Assembly: GCA_963827165.1 (NCBI GenBank)
Contig: CAWGZR010000010.1
Location: forward strand, 1 to 64,000
Origin: Candidatus Bathyarchaeota archaeon
GTDB lineage: Archaea > Thermoproteota > Bathyarchaeia > Bathyarchaeales > Bathycorpusculaceae
Direction: 5' to 3'
DNA length: 64,000 nucleotides
Numbering within the stretch: position 1 is the first letter of the stretch; every line of letters starts with the position of its first letter. Position numbers and translations under genes: made by a program. The notes beneath the pieces are model-generated. The model ran no database searches. It was not told the origin of the DNA and worked only from the letters and a program-made list of their open reading frames with translations. Shown here piece after piece: positions 33,352-44,050 of the stretch.

Positions 33352-33950
33352 ATGAAATATGTTCAGAACGTTTGTGTTTTCTGTGGCGCCAGCAAAGGCT
33401 ACGATGAAATATACATGGACATTGCCAAGGAATTCGGAGAACTGCTTGCGCATAATGGAATGGGACTTGTTTATGGTGGTGGTGGCAACGGACTTATGGG
33501 GGCGGTTGCCAAAGCCGCCTTGAATGCGGGTGGAAAACCTTTCGGGATAACCACAGACTTCTTGACGAGCTGGAGCCCGTTCTGCCCGGCCTTACCAATC
33601 GATAATCAAAACGAACATGCATGATCGGAAACGTGAGATGGCAAGGCGTTCTTGTGCTTACGTTGCATTGCCGGGGGGGGTTGGAACTCTCAAAAAGTCA
33701 TTGAGCAATTATCATGCAAAATTAGGAAGGCATGATGATCCAATAATCTTGATTAATTCAGGCGGATATTATGATCCCTTGTTGCAGGTGTTCAACCGGA
33801 TGATCAAGGAAGGATTTGCACGTGAAAGAGTGAATAGTTTGTATGACGTTTGCCGGAACACCCGTCGAAGCCATTGAATTGCTCAATACAGCACCGTTTC
33901 CTGAAAAAAAATTCAGGCTAACGAAGAGAAAGAACTTAATCGCGAAATGT
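33352..33950 (+). CDS. LOG family nucleotide phosphoribohydrolase (frameshifted; end approximate)
   Basis: VCVFCGAS, LVYGGG..GLMG, MHDRKREM, ALPGGVGT. Confidence 0.85.
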
Positions 33951-34053
33951 AGGGTCGTTTTATCGCAACCGAAAACTACGGCAACGCCCTCATCGGGCTC
34001 CTTATAAGAGTTGAGGCGATTTTTGGGAACCCACCATCGGCAAGATCGGCAGG

Positions 34054-34596
34054 TCATGCCAACCTCGAAATCGTCCAGCCGGACACGTTGTAGGATCGGC
34101 CAATCTCGGCAAGCGTCTCGTCGCCATGATCGCGCCGTCGGATCGCTTCGCGCTTCTGGTGGTCGGTGAGCTTCGGCTTCCTCCCCATTTTCACGCCCTT
34201 CGCCTTGGCGCGTTCGCGGCCTTCGCCGGTCCGGGCGCGGATCAATTCGCGCTCGAACTCGGCAAGCCCGCCCAGACGGTCAACATCAAGCGCCCGTGCG
34301 CCGTCGTGGTGTCGGCCCATGTGTCGTTGATGGAACGAAGACCGCGCCTTTGGCGGCGATGGTGGCCAGCGTGTTCAAGAGGTCGCGGGTCGATCGCGCC
34401 AGCCGGTCGAGGCGCGTCACAGTCAAGACGTCGCCTTTTTCGAGCTTGTCGATCGCGAGGCGCAATTGGGCACGGTCGGCGCGCGCGCCGCTCGCCGACT
34501 CCTTGAAGACCTTTTCGGCTCCGGCGGCGCGCAGTTGCTTCGCTTGCGTGTCGAGGCTTTGGCCGTCTGTCGATACCCTTGCATAGCGTATTTCAT
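34054..34596 (-). CDS. serine recombinase/resolvase, copy 2 (frameshifted)
   Basis: YARVSTDGQ, TRLDRLARS, AEFERELI; highly similar to 6032-6582. Confidence 0.9.
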
Positions 34597-34604
34597 GCCT
34601 GACT

Positions 34605-34686
34605 TTTATGCACGTCATTTCTGCACAAAAAAAGCCCTTTTCGATCAATGCTCTAATTTTTGTGCATAATTCTTGATTTATGCACA
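34605..34686. promoter_or_regulatory. res site, copy 2
   Basis: TGTGCATAATTCTTGATTTATGCACA at 34661-34686, plus conserved sequence towards the gene. Confidence 0.7.
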
Positions 34687-34851
34687 GTTCAAAAACAATC
34701 GCTCCGCCACGCCACCCAGTTTCTCGTTCATGCAAATGAATACCAACTAAAATGCCGTACTATTTGAGTGCTGTTTCCCCTTGGTCTTCATACTTTATTT
34801 ACTAACATGCAAGTAGATTTTCTACCGTTACTTATAGCAATGGAGAATAAA

Positions 34852-35304
34852 ATGCGTTTTATTTCGCTACGGAAAGCTGAAATCGCATTGTTGCTGGCAC
34901 TGTTGTTATCAGGAACGGCTCATGCTGCCGATACTCCGATGACGCTTGCTGGGGCTAAAAACACCGCTGCCGATGAAATTGTAAAGCTGCAAGCTGCGGG
35001 AGCGCCGGTATTCGACGTGCGGGTTGCATCGGAATATGCCGACGCGCACATCAAAGGAGCCATTAACGTTCCTTACCGTGAAAAAAGCGAAAAAGCAGTT
35101 AGTTTTGACGCGGGTCAAGACGAGTTTAATATAGCCAAGCTTCCCGCCGATAAAAGCGTTGCGCTGGTCATCTATTGCAACGGCCCAGAATGCTGGAAGA
35201 GCTACAAGGCATCGGTGGGTGCCATCAAGGCCGGATACACGAATATTCATTGGTATCGCGAAGGGTTTCCGGATTGGAAAGCCAAGGGCCTTCCGACTGA
35301 ATAG
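34852..35304 (+). CDS. exported rhodanese-domain protein
   Basis: Signal peptide (AHA-A), FDVR..EY..HIKGA, IYCNGPECW. Confidence 0.85.
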   Translation: MRFISLRKAEIALLLALLLSGTAHAADTPMTLAGAKNTAADEIVKLQAAGAPVFDVRVASEYADAHIKGAINVPYREKSEKAVSFDAGQDEFNIAKLPADKSVALVIYCNGPECWKSYKASVGAIKAGYTNIHWYREGFPDWKAKGLPTE

Positions 35305-35411
35305 CCATGCATAGCGTGTGAAGTGCTTTCCTCGTTACGGAAGAGGAGGCGTCTTGTCTGTCTCTCAAGCAGCACTGAGAGGAGTGTGTGTCAAACGATA
35401 TTGGGGGCTTC

Positions 35412-36360
35412 ATGCAAAATCTGAGTATTCAGAAAAAAATGCTGTTCGTTTTTGCGGCGCTTGGCATCATCCTTGTGACCATAGCAATGGCAGGGCTGTA
35501 TGGGTTCAAACGCTCCAACAACTCCCTCGCAGAACTTATCAGAACCACCTAACACCGCTTAGCAAGCTCGCACGCGCCAACGACTTGATGCACGATAGCA
35601 TCGAGCAACTGACAATCGCCTTAATAGCACGACCGAACGGGGAAGTCCAGATACCGATCGTGTCGAGACGAATTTGGCTGAAATCGATAAAATTACTCAA
35701 GATTATACGGAACACCTTTCAGACGACAAAATAAAGCAGGTTCAAGCATGGGTTGCGGAGCGCGATAAACTCGTTAAGAGCGGCTTCAGGCCCGCTATCG
35801 ACTATCTAAAAAATCAGACATTTAACGATGCCGAAGATACGATCCTGGGCGTTGCCGTTAAAAAGTTTGCAGCCGTTCAAAAGGATTTAGACGCCATTAT
35901 AGCTGATGAACTTAGTAGCGCGGAAAGAACAGATAAGGAAGCCGAACATCGCTACGATCTCACGAGCTCGATAGAATGGATTAGCGTTGCTTTCGGAGTC
36001 GGCCTCTGTGGCGTCATGGCCTTTTATGTCAGAAGATCAATTATGAAGCCATTATCGGCGATGACTTCGGCGATGAATGCTCTGGCTGGAGGTGATCTCG
36101 CCATCACCATCCCCTCAAGCGGACGCAATGATGAAATCGGAGGTATAGCGAAAGCGTTGGAGGTGTTTAAGGAGACGGCGATCAAAGCCAATGAACTTGC
36201 CAAAGCCACGGCCCTCGAAAATGAGGGAAAAGAATTGCGGCGAAGGAAAATAGAACAGTATATCGCAAAGTTTCAGGACGATATAACGCAAGCCATGTCG
36301 AGTTTGGCGACGACATCCGCAGAAATGCGCTCCACGGCAGAGAAACTGTCGGCCACTATG
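35412..36360 (+). CDS. methyl-accepting chemotaxis protein, truncated at the junction (frameshifted)
   Basis: TM, periplasmic 4-helix sensor, TM, HAMP (GRNDEIGGIAKALEVFK); cut before the signalling domain. Confidence 0.85.
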
Positions 36361-37208
36361 TGAAACAACACGGTGGTGACGTGAGAACACTCAGGCTTCA
36401 TGGGCAAGAGAAGAATTTAACAACCTCTTCAATTGCAAGAATTAACATGTTTTTACACGGTATTGAAGACTTCAAAATAATGAAAGAAGATACTCTCAGA
36501 AATCCTGTGTTTAGGGAAAACGATCAGCTAGCTCGATTTGATGTTGTTATCGCTAATCCGCCCTTCTCCTTGAAAAGATGGGGAGTTGAAAATTGGTCTA
36601 ATGACCCTTATGGAAGGAACTTTGCGGGGGTTCCACCGAAAACCAATGGCGATTATGCATGGGTTGAACATATGATAATTTCTATGGCGATGCAGACAGG
36701 GCGAATGGGCATTATTCTTCCCCATGGGGCTTTGTTTAGGGGTGGGGTGGAAGGTAAGATTAGGAAGCAATTGATTGATGCTGACTTACTTGATTGCGTC
36801 ATAGGTCTTGGCCCTAATTTGTTCTATGGAACTGGAATAAGTGCGTGTATTATGGTTTTTAGAACTAAAAAACAAGCTGCGAGAAAGAACAAGGTTCTCT
36901 TTATCGACGCTTCAAAGCTGTATCAAAAAGGAAGAGCTCAAAACTATTTGCTGCTTGAGCATGCCGATAATATTCTCGCTGAATATGAAGCGTTTTCTGA
37001 TAAAGAAGGGAAATCAAAGATCGTCACTATTAACGAAATTAAGGATAATGCGTACAACCTTAACATTTCACGTTATGTCAAAAAGAAAAGAGATTCTAAA
37101 AATATCGATTTGAAAGCTACCATGGCTGAGCTTGAAGTTGCATATGCTGAGTTCTTAAAATCTGAAGAACAAATGTGCTTACTACTTAAGGAGGTTAATT
37201 TGCTTTGA
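36361..37208 (+). CDS. hsdM: Type I RM MTase M1 (NPPF), 5'-truncated
   Basis: LHGQE, ARINMFLHG, ANPPF, LPHGALFRG. Confidence 0.9.
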
Positions 37209-38686
37209 CAATGACGCAGCAGGAACTGGAAAGTTACCTTTGGGAAGCCGCTAACCTGCTAAGAGGCGTAATAGACCCGGGAGACTACAAAAGCATAATC
37301 TTTCCGCTTATGTTTTTCAAGCGATTATCTGACGTTTACGATGAGGAATACGACGAAGCTATAAAGATTTATGGCGATGAAGAATCAGCAAAATTCCAAG
37401 AGAACCACCTGTTCCAAATCCCAGATGGTTCACATTGGAAAGACGTAAGAAAAACGCCGACCAATGTCGGACAAGCCCTAAGAATTGCAATGATTAATAT
37501 AGAAAAAGCAAACCCAGAAAAACTTTCAGGAATATTTGGCGACACCAACTGGTCAAACAAAGACCGTTTATCTGATAGAACACTAATAGATTTAATCGAG
37601 CACTTCTCCTCAATCAACTTATCAATAACCAATGTGCCTCAAGACGAATTCGGAAACGCCTACGAATACTTAATAAAAAAATTTGCCGAGGATAGCGGGC
37701 ATAGTGCAGCGGAATTTTATACTAACAGAACCGTTGTCAGATTAATGACACTGATCGTAGACCCTCAACCCGGTGAGTCAATCTATGATCCAACTTGTGG
37801 TTCGGGCGGTATGCTCCTCAACGCAAGATTGCTTGTTCAAGAGCGGGGAAAAGAGTATCGTGCACTAAAGCTGTACGGTCAAGAAATCAATATTATCACA
37901 TCAGCCATTGCACGAATGAACATGTTCATTCATGGCGTTCAGGATTTTGACATCGTGCAAGGAGATACCCTAAAAAGACCAGAGTTCATCGAAAATGGGC
38001 ACGTAAAACAATTTGACATTTGCATAGCTAATCCGCCTTACTCTATGAAGAAGTGGGACCGGGAAGCTTGGAAAAATGACCCATGGGGAAGAAACATCTA
38101 TGGAACCCCTCCCCAAGGGGCTGCTGATTATGCTTTCTTCCAACATATTATTTGTTCTCTTAAAGAAAGAACTGGGCGATGTGCCATACTTTGGCCGCAT
38201 GGAATCCTTTTTAGAGATTCAGAAAAAGCAATAAGAATAGGATTAATTGAAGATGACTTAATAGAGGCAATAATCGGGTTAGGTCCACAGCTTTTCTATA
38301 ATTCCCCAATGGATTCCTGTATTGTAGTTTGCCGAAAGAACAAACCTGCTGAGAAGAAAAATAAGATTATATTCATAAGAGCATACGATCAAATTTACAA
38401 AGAAGGGAACCAAAACTTCCTTGCTCCAGAAAATATTAAGAACATTTTTGATTGGTATTCTGAATTTAAAGAGATTCCGGGCAGAACAAAAATTAGTTCA
38501 ATAGAAGAAATAAGAGAGAAAAATTATATTCTCAACGTATCCCGATATGCAAAACCTGAAGACGAGGAAACTGATTCCTCGAGTCCGATTATTAGTGCGG
38601 TTATAGAGGATTGGGTAGCATCATCCGGACAAGTGAAGGCTTCTTTTAATGAACTTATTGCAACCTTAAAGGAGCTTGTAAAATGA
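37205..38686 (+). CDS. hsdM: Type I RM MTase M2 (NPPY)
   Basis: LWEAANLLRG, AEFYT, YDPTCGSGGML, ANPPY. Confidence 0.92.
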   Translation: MTMTQQELESYLWEAANLLRGVIDPGDYKSIIFPLMFFKRLSDVYDEEYDEAIKIYGDEESAKFQENHLFQIPDGSHWKDVRKTPTNVGQALRIAMINIEKANPEKLSGIFGDTNWSNKDRLSDRTLIDLIEHFSSINLSITNVPQDEFGNAYEYLIKKFAEDSGHSAAEFYTNRTVVRLMTLIVDPQPGESIYDPTCGSGGMLLNARLLVQERGKEYRALKLYGQEINIITSAIARMNMFIHGVQDFDIVQGDTLKRPEFIENGHVKQFDICIANPPYSMKKWDREAWKNDPWGRNIYGTPPQGAADYAFFQHIICSLKERTGRCAILWPHGILFRDSEKAIRIGLIEDDLIEAIIGLGPQLFYNSPMDSCIVVCRKNKPAEKKNKIIFIRAYDQIYKEGNQNFLAPENIKNIFDWYSEFKEIPGRTKISSIEEIREKNYILNVSRYAKPEDEETDSSSPIISAVIEDWVASSGQVKASFNELIATLKELVK

Positions 38687-39828
38687 GCAACGTTTCAAGT
38701 TGGACAACCGTAAGTTTCGGGGAAATTGCTGAACAAATAATCGAGCGAATTGATAACCCCAAAGACAGCGAATTGGTGGATTACATAGGGCTTGAACATA
38801 TAGACTCGGATAATCTGAGAATAGCTAATTATGGAAAAACCAGTGAGGTCGTGTCCTCAAAATTTGTCTGTAAACAAGGGGACATTGTTTTTGGACGGAG
38901 AAGAGCTTATCTGAGGAAACTGGCGGTGTCAGATAGAGACGCATTGGTTTCAACAGACGCCATGGTCATCAGACCTAAGAATAACGTTTCAAAAGAATTT
39001 CTAATCTTAACGATGCAAACAGACAGGTTTTGGAGCGAGGTAATTTCCCGCTCTGCAGGTTCACTCTCACCGAGGATTAAATGGAGAGATTTAAGCAGTA
39101 TAGAAGTACTTTTGCCATCGTCACAAAAGCAAGAGGAGATTGTTAGGCTAATTTTTTCAATACAAGGTAACCTTGAGAAGACTGAGAATTTTATTCAGAT
39201 TGCTGAGAAGCTCAAGAAAGGCTTGCTTGAAGAATTACTGACAAAAGGAATCGGCCACAAGAAGTTTAAGAAAACTGAACTCGGAGAAATACCTGAAGAG
39301 TGGGAATTAAGAAAAATTAAAGATATCTTGACTCTTCAATATGGTCAAGGATTACCAGAAAAAGAACGTAATGGGGGCCAATATCCTGTCGTTGGTTCAA
39401 ACGGAATTGTAGGTTATCATGACGCATTCACCGTTAAGGGGCCATCAATTGTGGTTGGCAGAAAAGGGGCAAGTGGCGAAGTAATATGGATTGAAAATGA
39501 TTGTTGGCCTATCGATACATCATATTTTGTTCAATTAAAAGACGGAATAAGAGTAGATTATGCTTTTCACTTACTAAATTCGTTGAATCTAATCGAGTTG
39601 AGTCAGAAAGGTGCAGTTCCAGGCTTAAATAGAGAAGATGTATATCAACAGTTAGTTGCAATTCCACCTCTTGATGAACAGAAGATGACTGTATTAATGA
39701 TTGACAAGGAAAACCAATTTGGTTTGGCTCTAAAAGACCATTTGAGCACAATGAAGGCACTAAGAAAAAAACTTACTAATTCATTATTATCTGGAGAATT
39801 GGCTATTCCGATGGAGGCTCTAAATTGA
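38683..39828 (+). CDS. hsdS: Type I RM specificity subunit
   Basis: Two TRDs separated by LLTKGIGH..KTELGEIPEEW; IPPLDEQ. Confidence 0.92.
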   Translation: MSNVSSWTTVSFGEIAEQIIERIDNPKDSELVDYIGLEHIDSDNLRIANYGKTSEVVSSKFVCKQGDIVFGRRRAYLRKLAVSDRDALVSTDAMVIRPKNNVSKEFLILTMQTDRFWSEVISRSAGSLSPRIKWRDLSSIEVLLPSSQKQEEIVRLIFSIQGNLEKTENFIQIAEKLKKGLLEELLTKGIGHKKFKKTELGEIPEEWELRKIKDILTLQYGQGLPEKERNGGQYPVVGSNGIVGYHDAFTVKGPSIVVGRKGASGEVIWIENDCWPIDTSYFVQLKDGIRVDYAFHLLNSLNLIELSQKGAVPGLNREDVYQQLVAIPPLDEQKMTVLMIDKENQFGLALKDHLSTMKALRKKLTNSLLSGELAIPMEALN

Positions 39829-42721
39829 CTTTTACTGAGCAAAACGCTGTTGAGAACTATGTCAGGGATTTGCTTGTTCCTTTGGGGTGGGTTTTTGTTA
39901 ATGCCTATGATTTGAAGAGACAAGAGGCAGATGTGTTATTGGAGGAGTCTGTTAAGGCTGCTCTTGAACGTTTAAACCTCCAGATAAAAGCTGATCCTAC
40001 CAAGGCTGAAGAAATCCTGTATCGACTAAGAGCCATTGTTCTTTCTGCTCGGGGCTCTGGTCTTGTTAAAGCTAATGAGGAGTTTTCTAAGTGGCTTAGA
40101 AACGAGAAGACTATGCCTTTTGGGGAGCATGGTGAGCATGTTTCGGTTAACTTGATTGATTATGGGGATTTATCAAATAACGAGTTTGTGGTTACAACGC
40201 AGTTTAGGTTTGTTACAGGTCAAGGCAGAAGAGCAGACCTTGTTCTGTTGATTAACGGAATTCCTCTTATTGTTGGTGAAGCTAAGACACCCGTTCGACC
40301 GGCAATTTCTTGGTTTGATGGCGCTCTTCAGTTAGAATAATATCAAAATTCGGTTCCTCAACTATTCGTTCCTAATGTCTTTATGTTTGCTACTGAGGGC
40401 AAGAGTTACCGTGCTGGCGCAGTTAAGCTTCCATTGCAGAAGTGGCAGCCATGGAAAACCACCAACGAATCTTCCAGTCTTAATGAAATCGAGAAAGCAG
40501 TAAAAATGATGCTGAGCCCTCAAGCAGTTTTAGATATTCTTAAAAACTTTACTGTTTTCAGCACCGAAAAAGGCGGCCAAAAAATCAAGGTTCTATGCAG
40601 GTATCAGCAGTATGAGGCAACAAAACAAATTGTTCAGAGAGTTCTGGAAGGAAAAATCAAAAAAGGCTTGATCTGGCATTTTCAAGGTTCTGGAAAGTCT
40701 ATTTTGATGGTGTACGCTGCCCAGCAGCTTAGAAAAGAACCTGCTCTTAAGAGCCCAACTGTTCTGGTGGTTGTTGATCGAGTTGATTTGAACTCACAGA
40801 TTGGCGCTACCTTCCATGCAGCTGATGTGCCGAATACAGTTATTGCTGAGACACGAGAAGAACTTCAGAGGTTGTTAGCGCAGGACACGAGAAAGATCAT
40901 AATTACCACCATCCAAAAATTCGGTGAGGCAGAAGATATTCTCAACGAAAGAGACAATATCATTGTTTTGGTGGATGAGGCTCATAGAAGTCAAGAGGGG
41001 GACTTGGGAATTAAAATGCGTGCGGCCCTTCCAAATGCGTTCCTTTTTGGATTTACCGGAACACCGATCAATCTTCGAGACCGAAATACTTTCTTAGCGT
41101 TTGGCGCCAAAGAAGACGCGTCTGGTTACCTCAATAGGTATACTTTCAAGCAATCAATCGAAGATGAAGCAACAATCCCTATAGACTTTGAACCAAGACT
41201 AGTTGAACTTCACATCAACCAAGAAGAGTTAGAAAAAGAGTACCGACCATGCTAGAAAATGAGGGAATAGGATACGAAGATAGAGATGGCATAATTCTGA
41301 CAAAAGAAGCCGCCAAATTTGAACACTTGGTTAAGTCGCAAGAACGCATCCAAAGAATATGTCAAGACATCTCCAATCACTTTAAGCAATACGTTGAGCC
41401 AACCGGATTCAAAGGGCAAGTGGTCGTTTACGACCGAGAATCATGTGACCTATACAAACAAGAACTCGACAAATACTTCGCTCCAGAAGAAACCGCCGTC
41501 GATATGACAGTATCGTCGACAGAAAAAGAATGGCTAAAAAAATATGGCATGAGTGACGATGAAGAGACAAAACTGCTGGATAGATTCAAAGACAGAAAAG
41601 ACCCACTAAAACTATTAATCGTAACCGCCAAACTTCTAACCGGATTCGATGCTCCGATCAACAAGGTTATGTATCTAGATAAACCGATGAAAGACCACAA
41701 CCTTCTGCAGGCAATATGCCGAGTCAATAGACCCTATCCGGGCAAGAACAGAGGTCTCATTGTTGATTACATAGGCGTCTTCGATAACGTCGCCCAAGCC
41801 TTAGACTTCGACCTAAAAGAAATGCAGCAAATAGTATCAAATATTGACAACATCAAAGAAGAGCTACCTAACGCAATGGCCGCATGCCTTGATCACTTTA
41901 AGACAGTTGATAGAACAGTTGAAGGTTATGAAGGACTCCTAGCAGCTCAAGATTGCCTCCCAAATAACGAAATAAGGGACAAATTCGCAGCAGACTACAA
42001 CTATCTAAGTAAACATTGGGAAACCATATCACCAGACCCCATGCTAAAACCTTATGAAAAAGACTACAAATGGCTAACACAAGTCTACGAGTCAATTAGG
42101 CCTCCTAGCGGCAGAGGAAAACTGCTATGGCATGCGCTTGGAGAAAAAACACTAAAACTAATCCATGATAACGTTACTGTTCAGGCAATCCGAGATGATC
42201 TTGATACACTGGTGATGGATGAACACATCTTAGAGCAGATTAGCGGCGGAGACCCAAAGAAAAAAGCCAAAGAAGTCGAGACGAAAATTGTGTGGAGACT
42301 ATACAAGCACCCTAACGACCCACGATTTATGGAATTAGGCAAAAAGCTTGAAGAACTCAAAGAGAAACACTACAGAAACGCCATCACAAGCTTAGAATTC
42401 TTAAAAGAACTATTGAAGCTAGCCCAAGAAACCGTTGCATTAGAAAGAGAGACAAAAGCTGAGCCGGTGGATAACTCAAAAGAAGCACTTACTAAATTAT
42501 TTGAAGAAGCAAAAGTCGAAAAGACGCCAGTTATCATACGGCAAATAGTCGAGGACATAGATGATGTAGTTAAAGTAACAAGATTTGAAGGCTGGCAATG
42601 GACAGTAAGCGGCGAAAGGGAAATCCAAAGAGCACTCAGAAAAACACTTCTAAAGTATCAGTTGCATAAAGAGCAGGAACTATTTGACAAAGCTTACAAA
42701 TACATAAGAGAACACTATTGA
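39825..42721 (+). CDS. hsdR: Type I RM restriction subunit with in-frame TAA (40338) and frameshift (~41250)
   Basis: RADLVLLING..EAK, WHFQGSGKS, DEAH, FTGTP, LLTGFDAP, QAICRVNR. Confidence 0.9.
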
Positions 42722-42731
42722 GAGGACTTCT

Positions 42732-43130
42732 TTGAGAATATATTTAACGCACTGTTGCGCGAAAAAAGACAATGTGTTCCGAATTAGCGGTGAAAAGATA
42801 GCTCCTGATAAGCTCTATATTGCTTTACCGATCAAACGCTTCATGGAAGAGTGTAAATGGAAAAAGGTTAATTGGGCAATTTTTTCAGACAAATACGGCG
42901 TATGGTTTCCAGAAGAAAAACACGAATGGTATGAGAAGGATCCAGACACTGTTTCGGAACAAGAATTTATGCAGCTAATCAAGAACTTCAACGAAAGGCT
43001 AGCCAAGCTCGACGAAATCTGGTTTTACTACAATCCAGGCCGATTTCACCCCTTATACGCCAAGCTATTGAAAGAAGTGAAAGTAAACGCTAAAATCACT
43101 CTATTCACCCATAAAAACCAAATAACTTAG
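42732..43130 (+). CDS. DUF6884-like protein
   Basis: HCCAKK..KLY..WAIFSDKYG..YE pattern. Confidence 0.55.
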   Translation: MRIYLTHCCAKKDNVFRISGEKIAPDKLYIALPIKRFMEECKWKKVNWAIFSDKYGVWFPEEKHEWYEKDPDTVSEQEFMQLIKNFNERLAKLDEIWFYYNPGRFHPLYAKLLKEVKVNAKITLFTHKNQIT

Positions 43131-43140
43131 GTCCGTAGTT

Positions 43141-43842
43141 ATGTCTGAATTATGCCGTTGGCTACACGAACAACTTGAACAGTTACCCACATTTCAGTAC
43201 CCCTTTAATGTTGACGTATTACCAGAAAATGGAATTTACTTCTTCTATGAAAAAGGCGAAAGTTGGGGGCATGACGGAACCAAGCCAAGAGTAGTTCGCG
43301 TTGGCACTAGCAAAGATGGCAATCTCAGAAAACGCCTTGCTGAACATTTTCTTCTTGATGAACGCAAAATGAGTTTTGATGCGTCCAAACCAGCGCCACG
43401 AGAAAGAAGCATTTTCAGGAAAAATATAGGCAGAGCCATACTGAACCAACGAAAAGATGCGTACCTCAAAATATGGGAATTAGACTTCACATCTCACAGA
43501 TCTAGAGAAGAGAACTCTCATTTGAGAAATATCGCGAAAGAAAAAGAGATCGAACCAGAAATTACTTCTCTATTGAGATCGACCTTCTCATTTAAAGTCA
43601 TAGAACTAATTGGACAAGCTCAACGCATGGGCAAAACAGGCCTCGAAAGCGCTTTGATCGGCACTTTTGCACATTGCTCTGTATGCGAGGCTACAAAAAA
43701 CTGGCTGGGAAGGTATTCATCAAAAACAGAAATCAGAAATGGCAAACTTTGGCTCGTACAGCACCTCCAAGCTAATGCAATCAACGACAAAGACAAAGCG
43801 ACAATACTTAAAGCAATAAAGCTCAGCAAGCCGTCGACATGA
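43141..43842 (+). CDS. GIY-YIG family nuclease
   Basis: NGIYFFYE..VVRVGT..NLRKRLAEH..SIFRKNIG..LES. Confidence 0.7.
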   Translation: MSELCRWLHEQLEQLPTFQYPFNVDVLPENGIYFFYEKGESWGHDGTKPRVVRVGTSKDGNLRKRLAEHFLLDERKMSFDASKPAPRERSIFRKNIGRAILNQRKDAYLKIWELDFTSHRSREENSHLRNIAKEKEIEPEITSLLRSTFSFKVIELIGQAQRMGKTGLESALIGTFAHCSVCEATKNWLGRYSSKTEIRNGKLWLVQHLQANAINDKDKATILKAIKLSKPST

Positions 43843-44050
43843 AAAAACTATAAGGAAAAACTATAAGCATTCAGTACTCGAAGGTTGACGGGTAGATAAA
43901 GATCCTGTGATCAGGGCATTTGAAGTCGCTTGAGCGCCTAAAAGTCTTTCTTTGACGAGGAACTTGCCTCGTGCATCTTTTAACTGGGCACTCGATTGTA
44001 TTTTCAGTCACCTTTAAGTGGTCCTTTAGGTCGGCGACACCAAACAATCG

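Noticed and set aside
36340-36380. Bacteria-to-archaea transfer or an MCP-HsdM fusion
   Set aside because: Both genes are truncated at one point with no recombination signature; an artefact is more parsimonious
40338-40340. Programmed stop-codon recoding in hsdR
   Set aside because: The codon is TAA, which other genes here use as a normal stop
43843-43868. Tandem AAAAACTATAAG x2
   Set aside because: Only two copies in an AT-rich spacer; no supportable function
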